Assembly: GCA_041166085.1 (NCBI GenBank)
Contig: JBEEFP010000056.1
Span: 48,449 to 112,448 of the forward strand
DNA from: Actinomycetota bacterium
Lineage (GTDB): Bacteria > Actinomycetota > Acidimicrobiia > Acidimicrobiales > JAFATL01
Reading direction: 5' to 3'
Length of the DNA stretch: 64,000 bases
A program made the position numbers and the translations under genes. Under the pieces are notes generated by a model. The model was not told the DNA's origin and made no database searches. It saw only the letters and a program-made list of their open reading frames with translations. Positions 39,184 through 48,251 of the stretch are shown here, piece by piece. Position 1 is the stretch's first letter. Each line of letters begins with the position of its first letter.

Positions 39184-41325
39184 GTGCGGAAACTCCTCAT
39201 CACCCTCATCGCCACCATCACGGCCGGCACCGGCCTGCTCATCGGCGCGTGGCCGGCCCGTCCGACCTCGCTGGGCCCCTCCGGGAGCTACCACTTCGCC
39301 GGCGCAGGGTTCGGCCACGGCGTGGGGATGAGCCAGTACGGCGCGAAGGCGTACGCCGACGGTGGTGCGGGCGCCGGCAGCATCTTGGCAAAGTTCTACA
39401 CGGGCACCGCGCTCGCAACCGTCGCCCAGCCAGCGCTTCGAGTGTGGCTGGCCGATGTCGGCGCCTCCACGGACTTCAACACGTCCGGGCCCATCGTCGT
39501 GACGGCGGACCAGGCCCCGTCGGGGCCCGTCACCGTCGACACGACACCATCGGGGGCGCCGGCGGCCCGGGTCACCGTGGGGGCCGACGGTTTGCGTCTC
39601 ACGCAGGGCAGCAACGTCCTGCTCGGCCCCACCGCGGGTCCCATCGTCATCCGGCCGGAGGGCTCGCCCGCGTCGAACTGCAGCGGCATCGCGGGCACGA
39701 GTCCTTGCGTTGGCCTGGCCGCGCTCGGGATGCGATTCCGCTGGGGTGCCATCGAGGTGACCAAGACGTCGAACTCAACCATGCGAATCGTCGCGCGCGA
39801 CCTGGCCATGGAGCACTACCTGTACGGGCTCGGTGAGATGCCGTCGTCGTGGCACGTGGAAGCCCTCAAGGCACAGGCAATCGCCGGCCGCACCTACGCG
39901 CTCGAGAAGGTCCAGCGATCCGGACAGAACCGCCCCGGATGCGCGTGCGGCCTGTTGCGCGACACCCGGGACCAGAACTACATCGGATTCGAGAAGGAAG
40001 CCGACACGACGTTCTTCCCGCGATGGCGCACAGCCGTCGACAGCACGGCGGGCATGGTCGTGACCTACAACGGCGCCCCCATCCAGGCGCTCTATCATTC
40101 GTCGAGCGGAGGTCGCACCGAGAACAACGAGGTGGTGTTCGGCGGATCGGCCATTCCTTACCTCCGGGGCGTTCTCGATCCGGGTGACGAGGCTTCCAGC
40201 CCCTACCGCGATTGGTCTCAGACCTATTCGGGCTCCGAGCTACAGACCTGGTTGGACGCCAATGCCGCCACGACCGTGGGCACACTCCAGGCCGTCGAGG
40301 TTCTCGAGCCCTACGGGTTCTCCGGTCGCCCGGCCAGCGTGCGGGTCATCGGCTCGTCGGGCACCAAGACCGTGTCGGCCGCCACGTTCAGAACAGTGGT
40401 GAACGCCGGCGCTCCGGCAGCCCGTGAGCTCCGCTCGACCCTGTTCCAACTCGGCTGGCAGGCCTTCGGACGCGGGTTCCGCGGCGGCGTGTTCGTGGCA
40501 GGAGGCATGGACGGCTCGGTCCCGATCATTGCGCACAGTGCGGACGCAGGCGGTGGGCCGCACGTGGTCGTACAGCGACTCGACGGCACCGTCGTCGGTT
40601 CGTTCTTCGCGTACGCCTCCGACTTCACGGGCGGCGTCCGCGTGGCGGTTTGCGACGTCGACGGCGACGGGACCGCGGAGATCGTGACCGCGGCCGGCCC
40701 CGGGGGCGGACCCCACATCCGCATCTTCAAACCCAACGGGCAACTCTTCAGCAACGGCTTCTACGCGTACGATTCCGGGTTCCATGGCGGTGTCTACGTC
40801 GGATGCGCCAACGTCGACGGTGGCGCCTCCGAGATCGTCACCGGGGCGGGGGCCGGCGGAGGTCCCCACGTCAAGGTCATGCGGCGTGACGGCAGCGTGG
40901 TCTCCCAGTTCTTCGCGTTCGACGAGGGCTTCCGAGGCGGCGTACGAGTTGCTGGTGGCGACCTCGCCGGTGATGGCAACGACGAGATCGTTGTGGGTGC
41001 AGGACCGGGTGGAGGTCCGCATGTGCGGGTGTTCACGCCCGGTGGGGGCATCGTGTCGCAGTTCTTTGCCTACGACGCCTCCTTCCGGGCCGGCGTCTAC
41101 GTGGGCACGACCACCGGCAGTCCGAAGGGAGCGCTGCTGACTGGTGCGGGCGAGACCGGCGGACCGCACGTCACCGCCAGGCGCCTCGATGGCAGCGGGT
41201 TGCTCATCAACCAGTTCGTCTTCGGCGGCGCGTGGGCGAACGGCGCTCGGGTGGGTGGAGTCGCCGGCGCCGTGCTGGCGTCGACCGGCCAGGGCACATG
41301 GCCGCTCACGAGACTGGTTCCGTAG
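39184..41325 (+). CDS. Secreted SpoIID/LytB-domain protein with C-terminal GGGPHV repeat domain
   Basis: Signal peptide; GAGFGHGVGMSQYGA, EMPSSW..EALKAQAIAGRTYA, YHSSSGGRTE; start 39184 (GTG) or 39121. Confidence 0.9.
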   Translation: MRKLLITLIATITAGTGLLIGAWPARPTSLGPSGSYHFAGAGFGHGVGMSQYGAKAYADGGAGAGSILAKFYTGTALATVAQPALRVWLADVGASTDFNTSGPIVVTADQAPSGPVTVDTTPSGAPAARVTVGADGLRLTQGSNVLLGPTAGPIVIRPEGSPASNCSGIAGTSPCVGLAALGMRFRWGAIEVTKTSNSTMRIVARDLAMEHYLYGLGEMPSSWHVEALKAQAIAGRTYALEKVQRSGQNRPGCACGLLRDTRDQNYIGFEKEADTTFFPRWRTAVDSTAGMVVTYNGAPIQALYHSSSGGRTENNEVVFGGSAIPYLRGVLDPGDEASSPYRDWSQTYSGSELQTWLDANAATTVGTLQAVEVLEPYGFSGRPASVRVIGSSGTKTVSAATFRTVVNAGAPAARELRSTLFQLGWQAFGRGFRGGVFVAGGMDGSVPIIAHSADAGGGPHVVVQRLDGTVVGSFFAYASDFTGGVRVAVCDVDGDGTAEIVTAAGPGGGPHIRIFKPNGQLFSNGFYAYDSGFHGGVYVGCANVDGGASEIVTGAGAGGGPHVKVMRRDGSVVSQFFAFDEGFRGGVRVAGGDLAGDGNDEIVVGAGPGGGPHVRVFTPGGGIVSQFFAYDASFRAGVYVGTTTGSPKGALLTGAGETGGPHVTARRLDGSGLLINQFVFGGAWANGARVGGVAGAVLASTGQGTWPLTRLVP

Positions 41326-41342
41326 CCAAACCAAAATGAGTC

Positions 41343-41371
41343 CTCAGGGCGGCGGCGCGAACGTCCGATAG
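41343..41371 (+). promoter_or_regulatory. Possible sigma28/WhiG-type promoter (leaderless)
   Basis: CTCAGG-N15-TCCGATAG, 7 nt before GTG 41379. Confidence 0.45.
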
Positions 41372-41378
41372 AACCAAG

Positions 41379-43859
41379 GTGGCCTCGCTCGTCCGTTCGC
41401 GCCCCGCTTTCGCCCTGATCGCAGTGGCGCTCGTCGCCGCCATCGTCCCTCTCACTGCCGGGCCGGCGGCTGCCAACCACGGCACCGAGGCAGGAGCTGT
41501 TGTCCGGTCCGGCTGGCCCCAACTGACCGACGATCCGGCAACCGGGGGCCGGATGAGCACGCCGATCGAGGGGAGCACCGGATCCTCGGGCTGGTACAAG
41601 CACTCCTCGCCCACCCTCGGCAATCTGGATGGTGACCCGGCCCTCGAGATCGTGATCGGTTCGCTCGACGGCAAGGTCTACGCGTACAACCCCGATGGAT
41701 CGCGTCTCACGGGCTGGCCGCGACGGCTGGACGCGCCGAGCACGCCCACCGCCCCCATCAACGGCACGCCCGCCATCGGCGACGTCGACGGCAACGGTTC
41801 GAACGACGTCGTCATTGGCTCTGACAACGGGTGGGTCTTCGCGTTCGGCGCCGGCGGCCAGATCCTGCCGGGCTGGCCGCAGTTCACGGGTTACAACGCC
41901 GACTATCCGAGTCATTGCTCGACCGATGCCTGTACCGGTGTGGTGGGCTCCCCGACTCTCGCCGACCTGGACAATGACGGCCGACTCGAGGTGATCGTCG
42001 GTTCGTTCAGTCACAAGATCTACGTCTGGCGGGCCGACGGGTCCGTCCTGCCGGGGTGGCCCCGCGACGTGTGGGACGGCGTCGCTTCCACCGCGGCGGT
42101 GGGCGACGTGGATCGCGACGGCTCACCCGACATCGTCATCGGCTCGGACGTCGGGAACGACTGTGGCAACTGCCAGCCCTTCGGCGCCATAGCGCGGGGC
42201 GGACTCGTGCACGTGATGCGCGTCGATGGCACCGAGCTGCCGGGCTGGCCACAGGCAACTTCTGGCTTCGCCTGGTCGTCGCCCGCCTTGGCCGACCTCG
42301 ACAACGACGGGTCGCTCGAGGTGATCAGCGGCTCTGGATTCTTCCCGTCCAACGAGCCCCGCGGCAGGAGCCTCTACGCCTGGCGAGGAGACGGCAGCCT
42401 GATGTGGCGCTTCGACGCACCCAACGTGATCATCGGCTCGCCGGCCGTCGCTGACCTCACGGGGGACGGATACCCGGAGATCGCCATCGGCGACCAGAGC
42501 GGCAACATGTATTTGCTCACGTGGTACGGGGCTGCCGTGTGGAGCCGGGACGGCGTGTCGGCCCAGGTTCCCAACGGAAACGGTGGCTACTTCTTCGGAC
42601 CGATGCTGGCCGACGTCACCGGCGACGGCGTTCCCGAAGTCGTGGCCAGCGACGCGAACTGGCGGGTCAAGGCGTGGACCGTCTCCGGCGACCGCGTCCT
42701 CGACACCTCGACGCGGTTCACCATGTGGAACTCCCCCGCCATCGGTGATCTCGACGGCGACGGCACGAACGAGGTCGTGATGGGATCAGCGCGTGCGGAT
42801 GGCGCGGGCCCGACGCTGCCCGAACAGGGCGGGCGTGGTGAGCTCTGGGTACTGAACACCAACGGCCGCGGCGGGCTGGCGTGGCCACAGCACCAATCTC
42901 GCGTCCGAACGAACGACGGCTTCCTTGCGTACGGCTCAGGGTTCCGGGGCGGAGTACGCACTGCCGTGGGCAACTTCACCGACGATCCCGGTGATGAGAT
43001 CGCCACCGCCGCGGGCCCGGGCGGCGGTCCGCACGTACGAGTCTGGAGCACCGCTGGAGGTCGCCCTCGCCTCGTGGCCGAGTGGTTCGCCTACGGCGCG
43101 ACCTTCTCGGCGGGCGTGAGCGTCGCCGCGGCCAACGTCGACGGCACTGGACTCGACGAGCTGGTGACCACGCCTGGCCCGACGGGGGGCCCGCACGTCC
43201 GCGTGTGGTCGGTGGCCGGTCGGGCGGCCACGCTGCGGGCGGAATGGTTCGCGTACGACGCAGGCTTCACCGGCGGCATCAGCGCAGGAGCCGGCAACAT
43301 CCGGCCCGACACGAATGGGGACGAGATCGTCACCGGCGCCGGACCCGGCGGCGGACCTCACGTGCGGGTGTGGCGGGTATCCGGCTCGACGGCGACGCTC
43401 ACTGCCGAGTGGTTCGCCTATGACGCGGGCTTCCGCGGCGGTGTCAACGTCGCCGCGGGCGACACGCTGTCGTCCTCGCCTGGCGCCGAGGTCATCACCG
43501 GTGCCGGTCCAGGGGGCGGACCCCACCTCCGGGTGTGGGGCTTCGACAACGCCACCGGTCCGGCCATGCTGCGGCGTGAGTGGTTCACCTACGACGCCGC
43601 CTTCCGAGGCGGCGTGCGGGTGTCGACGGGTCAGGTGGACGGCTCAGGCACCGAGGAGATCGTGTCGGGGGCAGGGCCAGGAGGTGGGCCCCACGTGCGC
43701 TGCTTCGTCAACAGCACGACCTCGTTGAACTGCTCGTTCTTCGCCTTCGGCGCAGGGGTCACCAACGGAGTGTTCCCATCGACGGGCGCCCTGACCGGTC
43801 GCCGTTTCGCCGTCGGACTCGACAGCGGGTCCTACCCCGCCGTCAGCCTCGTGCCCTGA
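41379..43859 (+). CDS. Secreted FG-GAP/VCBS repeat protein with C-terminal GGGPHV repeat domain
   Basis: Signal peptide; repeated LPGWP...SP.LADLD.DG..E.V.GS; then five GGPH repeats. Confidence 0.85.
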   Translation: MASLVRSRPAFALIAVALVAAIVPLTAGPAAANHGTEAGAVVRSGWPQLTDDPATGGRMSTPIEGSTGSSGWYKHSSPTLGNLDGDPALEIVIGSLDGKVYAYNPDGSRLTGWPRRLDAPSTPTAPINGTPAIGDVDGNGSNDVVIGSDNGWVFAFGAGGQILPGWPQFTGYNADYPSHCSTDACTGVVGSPTLADLDNDGRLEVIVGSFSHKIYVWRADGSVLPGWPRDVWDGVASTAAVGDVDRDGSPDIVIGSDVGNDCGNCQPFGAIARGGLVHVMRVDGTELPGWPQATSGFAWSSPALADLDNDGSLEVISGSGFFPSNEPRGRSLYAWRGDGSLMWRFDAPNVIIGSPAVADLTGDGYPEIAIGDQSGNMYLLTWYGAAVWSRDGVSAQVPNGNGGYFFGPMLADVTGDGVPEVVASDANWRVKAWTVSGDRVLDTSTRFTMWNSPAIGDLDGDGTNEVVMGSARADGAGPTLPEQGGRGELWVLNTNGRGGLAWPQHQSRVRTNDGFLAYGSGFRGGVRTAVGNFTDDPGDEIATAAGPGGGPHVRVWSTAGGRPRLVAEWFAYGATFSAGVSVAAANVDGTGLDELVTTPGPTGGPHVRVWSVAGRAATLRAEWFAYDAGFTGGISAGAGNIRPDTNGDEIVTGAGPGGGPHVRVWRVSGSTATLTAEWFAYDAGFRGGVNVAAGDTLSSSPGAEVITGAGPGGGPHLRVWGFDNATGPAMLRREWFTYDAAFRGGVRVSTGQVDGSGTEEIVSGAGPGGGPHVRCFVNSTTSLNCSFFAFGAGVTNGVFPSTGALTGRRFAVGLDSGSYPAVSLVP

Positions 43860-43949
43860 GAGGCCCGAAGCCACCCACCCGGTGCGGACGAACGCGCGCG
43901 CAACCAGGGTCGTTCCGAAATTCACGGTCACGGCCTCGACCGCAGACAG

Positions 43950-45509
43950 TCACCCCACCCATGCGTCCGGGGCTTCCTCCGGCAAGAACTTGTGGGCCGG
44001 CACGATGAGCACCCACGGTCCTCGGCGGTACGTCGCAGCGACGATGGCCCGGTCGGCCAGTTCACGCTCGAACCGCTTCTGCCACGATGACCCGCTGACG
44101 AAGAGGTACCCGGGCGCAGGATCACTGCGCACGGCGCGATCGATGGGCGCGTAGCGAGGGAGGTCGATCGCCGTGACGCTGACGCGCTCGTGGAGCTCGA
44201 ACGTGACACGGTACGCGACCCAGTAGTTGGCGAACGCGTAACGCACGCCGTGGTCGGCGAACAAGGCCTCGAGTCCGGTCATCTTCAACGGGACGGCAAC
44301 GTCGGGCGCTCCCGGGGACGTGCCTGTGTGCAGGATTCGCGCCGTTCCCACGCCAAGCAGCAGACACGCGACACCGAGGATCATGAGCGATCGCAGCGTT
44401 CGACCGCCGGTCACGGATGCGAGGAGGATCGAGGTGAAGGGCAGGAGAAACAGCAGGTAGCGCGGCAGCCCGACGAACCAGCTGAAGGGTGACAAGGCGT
44501 AGAGAAACGGGTACATCCCGGCGACGACGACAACCGGAACGAGCGGCGAGCGGCGACGGAATGCGTGGATCGACAGCATCACGAACCCGGCAAGGATCGC
44601 GACGTAGATCGTGGGTGCGAGTTGCGCTTGGACCCACTCCTTCGTATAGGGCTGGCGCAGGCCGAGCGCCATCGGCAGCGCAGTGGTGAAGAATCCCCAC
44701 ACGTGGTCGAGGTATCCATTCGGCAGGTCGGTCGCCTGGCCCGGTGACTGGAGCGAAGTCCAGTGGTGTCGGAGGTTGAACACGAGCCATGGGGCCGCAC
44801 CGGCCGCGATGCCGGCGAGGGCGACAGGCACTGCTCGCCATTTGCGGACGAGACGTGGAAGGAGCACCGCTGCGGCAGGAGCGAGCACATAGGCGGATTG
44901 GGGACTCGCCCACCATGCAAGGCCGCAGGTGAACCCGAGCGCTCCGACCTCTGTCGCCGACCAGTCTTCGTCCTCTGCGACCCGCATGAGGAGCAGGAGC
45001 CCGAGCAACGTGAAGAACAACGCTGCCCAGTACGGACCCACCTTGGTGGACCACCACATCAGCCCGATCGAGGGCAGCCAGAACAGGACGCCCGCGAGAC
45101 GAGCGGCTGCCGGACCGATCATCCGCAATGCGATGCGCCAACAGAGCACCGAGCACCCTGCGCAGAAACTGACCGGCACCAGGCGAAGCACGTACGCCGT
45201 GGGTGAGAACACCCGAAACAAGGCAGCAGCGACGAAGCTCTCCAAGCTGCCGCCGTACGCTTGGCCCCAATAAAAGACCGGAAGCTCTCGGGGGATGTGT
45301 CGGGCCATCAAGCCGGAGACCGCTCCGTCGGAGTCGAGCACGCCGATGCGTCCCGAGAGCATCCAGAGGCGGAAGCCGAGGCCCACGAGAACAGCAAGCG
45401 CGAGCGTTGCTGTCAACATCGGGCTCTGACCGTTGCGAGTCGCAATCGGGGCGTGCCGAACGATTGGCAATGGTGACTCGGCGGTCGACGCCGGTTGGCG
45501 GCTGGCCAA
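43950..45509 (-). CDS. Multi-TM GT-C (ArnT/PMT-like) glycosyltransferase
   Basis: LDSDGAVSGLMARHI, FYWGQAYGGSLE, PRYLL, ANYWVAYRVTF; start may be 45419. Confidence 0.7.
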   Translation of the reverse strand: MASRQPASTAESPLPIVRHAPIATRNGQSPMLTATLALAVLVGLGFRLWMLSGRIGVLDSDGAVSGLMARHIPRELPVFYWGQAYGGSLESFVAAALFRVFSPTAYVLRLVPVSFCAGCSVLCWRIALRMIGPAAARLAGVLFWLPSIGLMWWSTKVGPYWAALFFTLLGLLLLMRVAEDEDWSATEVGALGFTCGLAWWASPQSAYVLAPAAAVLLPRLVRKWRAVPVALAGIAAGAAPWLVFNLRHHWTSLQSPGQATDLPNGYLDHVWGFFTTALPMALGLRQPYTKEWVQAQLAPTIYVAILAGFVMLSIHAFRRRSPLVPVVVVAGMYPFLYALSPFSWFVGLPRYLLFLLPFTSILLASVTGGRTLRSLMILGVACLLLGVGTARILHTGTSPGAPDVAVPLKMTGLEALFADHGVRYAFANYWVAYRVTFELHERVSVTAIDLPRYAPIDRAVRSDPAPGYLFVSGSSWQKRFERELADRAIVAATYRRGPWVLIVPAHKFLPEEAPDAWVG

Positions 45510-45594
45510 CTAGAGGAACTTCCTGCTCGCTGAGAGTGCCGAGAATAGTCGCGGGCCGGCCGAGCTCCACGGCCGGTCGCGTAACATCGCCCAC

Positions 45595-45873
45595 ATGAAA
45601 AGGCTCCTCAGGCGCGTCGGCCGACTGCTGGGCGGGCCGTTGCCGGTCTATTTCGACCGACGTTTCATGGGTCTCCACGAACATCTGGACACCGCAGTCG
45701 CAGCGAGCGACCGCCTTCGTGACGAGCTCGAGGAGCGGATGACCGCAATGGTCCTCCGCGTCGACGGCCTCAACTCTCGGCTCGAGAACGAGCTCCACCC
45801 GCTCGAGGAGCTCGTGACCTCGCTCGAGCATGAGGTCGCCCGACTACGCCAAGGCTTGGAGCCATCGCGGTAG
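45595..45873 (+). CDS. Small coiled-coil protein with basic amphipathic N-terminus
   Basis: MKRLLRRVGRLLGGPLPVYFDRRF + heptad repeats; resembles N-terminus of 50538..51551. Confidence 0.7.
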   Translation: MKRLLRRVGRLLGGPLPVYFDRRFMGLHEHLDTAVAASDRLRDELEERMTAMVLRVDGLNSRLENELHPLEELVTSLEHEVARLRQGLEPSR

Positions 45874-45893
45874 CCACCCACCCGTCGTCCCTC

Positions 45894-48251
45894 GTGTTGG
45901 ACGTCCAAGCCCTGCAGAACCCGGAATTCCGGGACCGCGGCATCGGCCGGTACGTCCTCGAGCACACCCGCGCCCTGCTCGGTCGACGCGGCCGGGTAGG
46001 CGCGGTACTGATGAATCCGCTGCGCCCTGCACCACACCTACCGCCGGACCTGGCGACGGCGCCGGAACTGCAATGGCGATCCGTCGAGCCTCTCGACGAC
46101 GCTCGGAGTCCCGTCTACCACCTCATGTCGCCCTTCGAGATGGGCTCGCCGGTGGAGTCATTGCTGCCGCCGCCGGGACTTCCTCGTGGCACGCCGATCA
46201 TCGTCACTCTTTACGACCTCATCCCGATGACCGACCCCGACCGCTACCTGCCCGATCGGCAAAGCCGGCTCCGCTATGCGGCCCGGCTCTCGATCGTGCG
46301 CAGCGCCGACGCCGTTCTCGCCATCTCCCAGTACACAGCGGACGACGCGGCGAGCAGGCTTGGACTCGACCCGGAGCGCATCCATGTGATCGGCGGCGGT
46401 GTGGCCCGCTCTTTTCGCCCTGCTTCCGATCCTGACGCGGCGAGGGACGCTGTTGGCCGCGCCATCCCGGCCGTGACCCGCCCATTCGTGCTGTCTGTCA
46501 CAGGCAGCCACGATCGCAAGAACACCGAAGGGCTGCTCGACGGCTACGCGCTGGTACCTGCCGAGATGCGCGCCAACTTGCAGTTGGTGATCACTTGCGA
46601 CGCTCCATCTTCATGGCGGGAACGCTGGCGCAGCCATGCAAGAGCTGTCGGTCTCGCCGATCACGAGGTCGTCATCACCGGGCACGTCAGCGACAGCCTT
46701 TTGCTCCTCCTCTATCAGTCCGCTCTCCTGTTCGTGTTCCCGTCTTTCTCCGAGGGCTTCGGTCTGCCTGTCGCGGAGGCAGCAGCGGCGGGCTGTCCAA
46801 CGATCACGTCCAACAGGACGTCCATCCCAGAGATTCTTCGTTTTCCCGACAGCACATTCGATCCCGCCGCGCCGGACCAACTGGCCGCGTTGGCCGCCAA
46901 AGCCCTCACCCTCGGGTCATTTCGCGACGACTTGCGACGTGCCGGTCGCGCTGCAGCCGATCGGACGACATGGGAACACGTCGCCGAGTTGACCGTCTCG
47001 GCGATCGACGGGCTCCGCCCCCAACGTCAGCGTCCCCGAGCGAGACGAGCCCGCTTGGCTCTGGTCGGACCGTTCCCACCGATCCCATCAGGTGTGGCCG
47101 GCTACAACCAGCGTCTCCTCGCTGAACTGAATGCGCGGTGTGACCTCGACGTCTTCGTCGAGCCGGGCTCTGATGGCCGCGCGCTGCGAGACGAAGCCCA
47201 CCGCGTCCTGCCCATCTCGCGACTCGGTGTCACAGCCGACCCGGCTTCGTACGACGCCATCATCTACACCCTCGGAAATAGCGTGCACCACCACGCCACC
47301 TACACCGCAGCGCTCCGCTTTCCCGGGATCCTCTGGCTGCACGATGTGCGCCTGCACCGATTGACCCTCACGTGGACCCGAGCCCAGTACGGCGAATCGT
47401 GGCAGCGGGAGCTGGACGCGATCATCGACGCACAGTACGGCCCGCGGGTTCCTTCCCGAACATGCTGGTCGATGGGTGACGATGAGGACGTGTACGAATG
47501 GCTTACGAGCCATGCCGTGTTCTTCACGCGACACCTCCTCGACAAGGCAACGTCGGCGATCGTCCATTCGGAGGCCGCGCGCCGGTTGGTCGAGCTCGAT
47601 CAACCGCCAGGAGCGTGGGCTCCACCGATCACGGTGCTCGCGCATTCTGTCCCGAAGCCACCATGGAGGACGCGAGCACCCGCCAGCCGGCCCTTGGTGG
47701 TGTCGATGGGGATCCTTCACCCGGTGAAGGCGCCGGAGAAACTCATCCAGGCGGCAGCATCGCTCGACTTTCCGGTTGATGTCGCCCTTGTCGGGTCCGT
47801 TTCTGATGAGTACAGAGAGCAACTGCACGGCGTCGCCGCAGCGGCCGGGCTGACCGGGACGCTCCACCTTCCTGGGCCAGTCGAGCCCAGTGATTACTGG
47901 GGGTGGCTGCAGCGCGCGTGGGCCGCTGTGCAGCTACGGCAGACGTGGAACGGAGAGTCGTCAGGAGCGGTGAACGACGCTGTTGCTGCCGGGCTCCCCG
48001 TGGCGACGGACATGCCCTCGGGCGCCGACATGGCTCGCGCCGGTGCCGTGACATTGCTGCCGTCCAGCGCAACGGACGCCGACGTCGGGGAGTGGCTGCG
48101 ATACGTGCTGACGACACCGGCGGGGAATGCATTCACCAACCAGGACGCCTACGCCGAAGCTCACTCCACGGCGGCGTTGGCGGCGAGCGTTCTCGAGGCA
48201 GTCGTCCGCACAGCCAGCAAGCCCGCGCCCTCGAGCACGACCCGGCGGTAA
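45894..48251 (+). CDS. Tandem GT4-GT4 glycosyltransferase (WbdA-like)
   Basis: LDVQALQ....DRGIGRYV, LYDLIP, EGFGLPVAEA, then LALVGPFPPIPSGVAGY, LGNS.HH, VQLR....GESSG. Confidence 0.85.
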   Translation: MLDVQALQNPEFRDRGIGRYVLEHTRALLGRRGRVGAVLMNPLRPAPHLPPDLATAPELQWRSVEPLDDARSPVYHLMSPFEMGSPVESLLPPPGLPRGTPIIVTLYDLIPMTDPDRYLPDRQSRLRYAARLSIVRSADAVLAISQYTADDAASRLGLDPERIHVIGGGVARSFRPASDPDAARDAVGRAIPAVTRPFVLSVTGSHDRKNTEGLLDGYALVPAEMRANLQLVITCDAPSSWRERWRSHARAVGLADHEVVITGHVSDSLLLLLYQSALLFVFPSFSEGFGLPVAEAAAAGCPTITSNRTSIPEILRFPDSTFDPAAPDQLAALAAKALTLGSFRDDLRRAGRAAADRTTWEHVAELTVSAIDGLRPQRQRPRARRARLALVGPFPPIPSGVAGYNQRLLAELNARCDLDVFVEPGSDGRALRDEAHRVLPISRLGVTADPASYDAIIYTLGNSVHHHATYTAALRFPGILWLHDVRLHRLTLTWTRAQYGESWQRELDAIIDAQYGPRVPSRTCWSMGDDEDVYEWLTSHAVFFTRHLLDKATSAIVHSEAARRLVELDQPPGAWAPPITVLAHSVPKPPWRTRAPASRPLVVSMGILHPVKAPEKLIQAAASLDFPVDVALVGSVSDEYREQLHGVAAAAGLTGTLHLPGPVEPSDYWGWLQRAWAAVQLRQTWNGESSGAVNDAVAAGLPVATDMPSGADMARAGAVTLLPSSATDADVGEWLRYVLTTPAGNAFTNQDAYAEAHSTAALAASVLEAVVRTASKPAPSSTTRR

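Noticed and set aside
40456-43859. Regularly spaced DNA repeats as a CRISPR array or DGR
   Set aside because: They are in-frame protein repeats with synonymous variation; no cas or reverse transcriptase genes present
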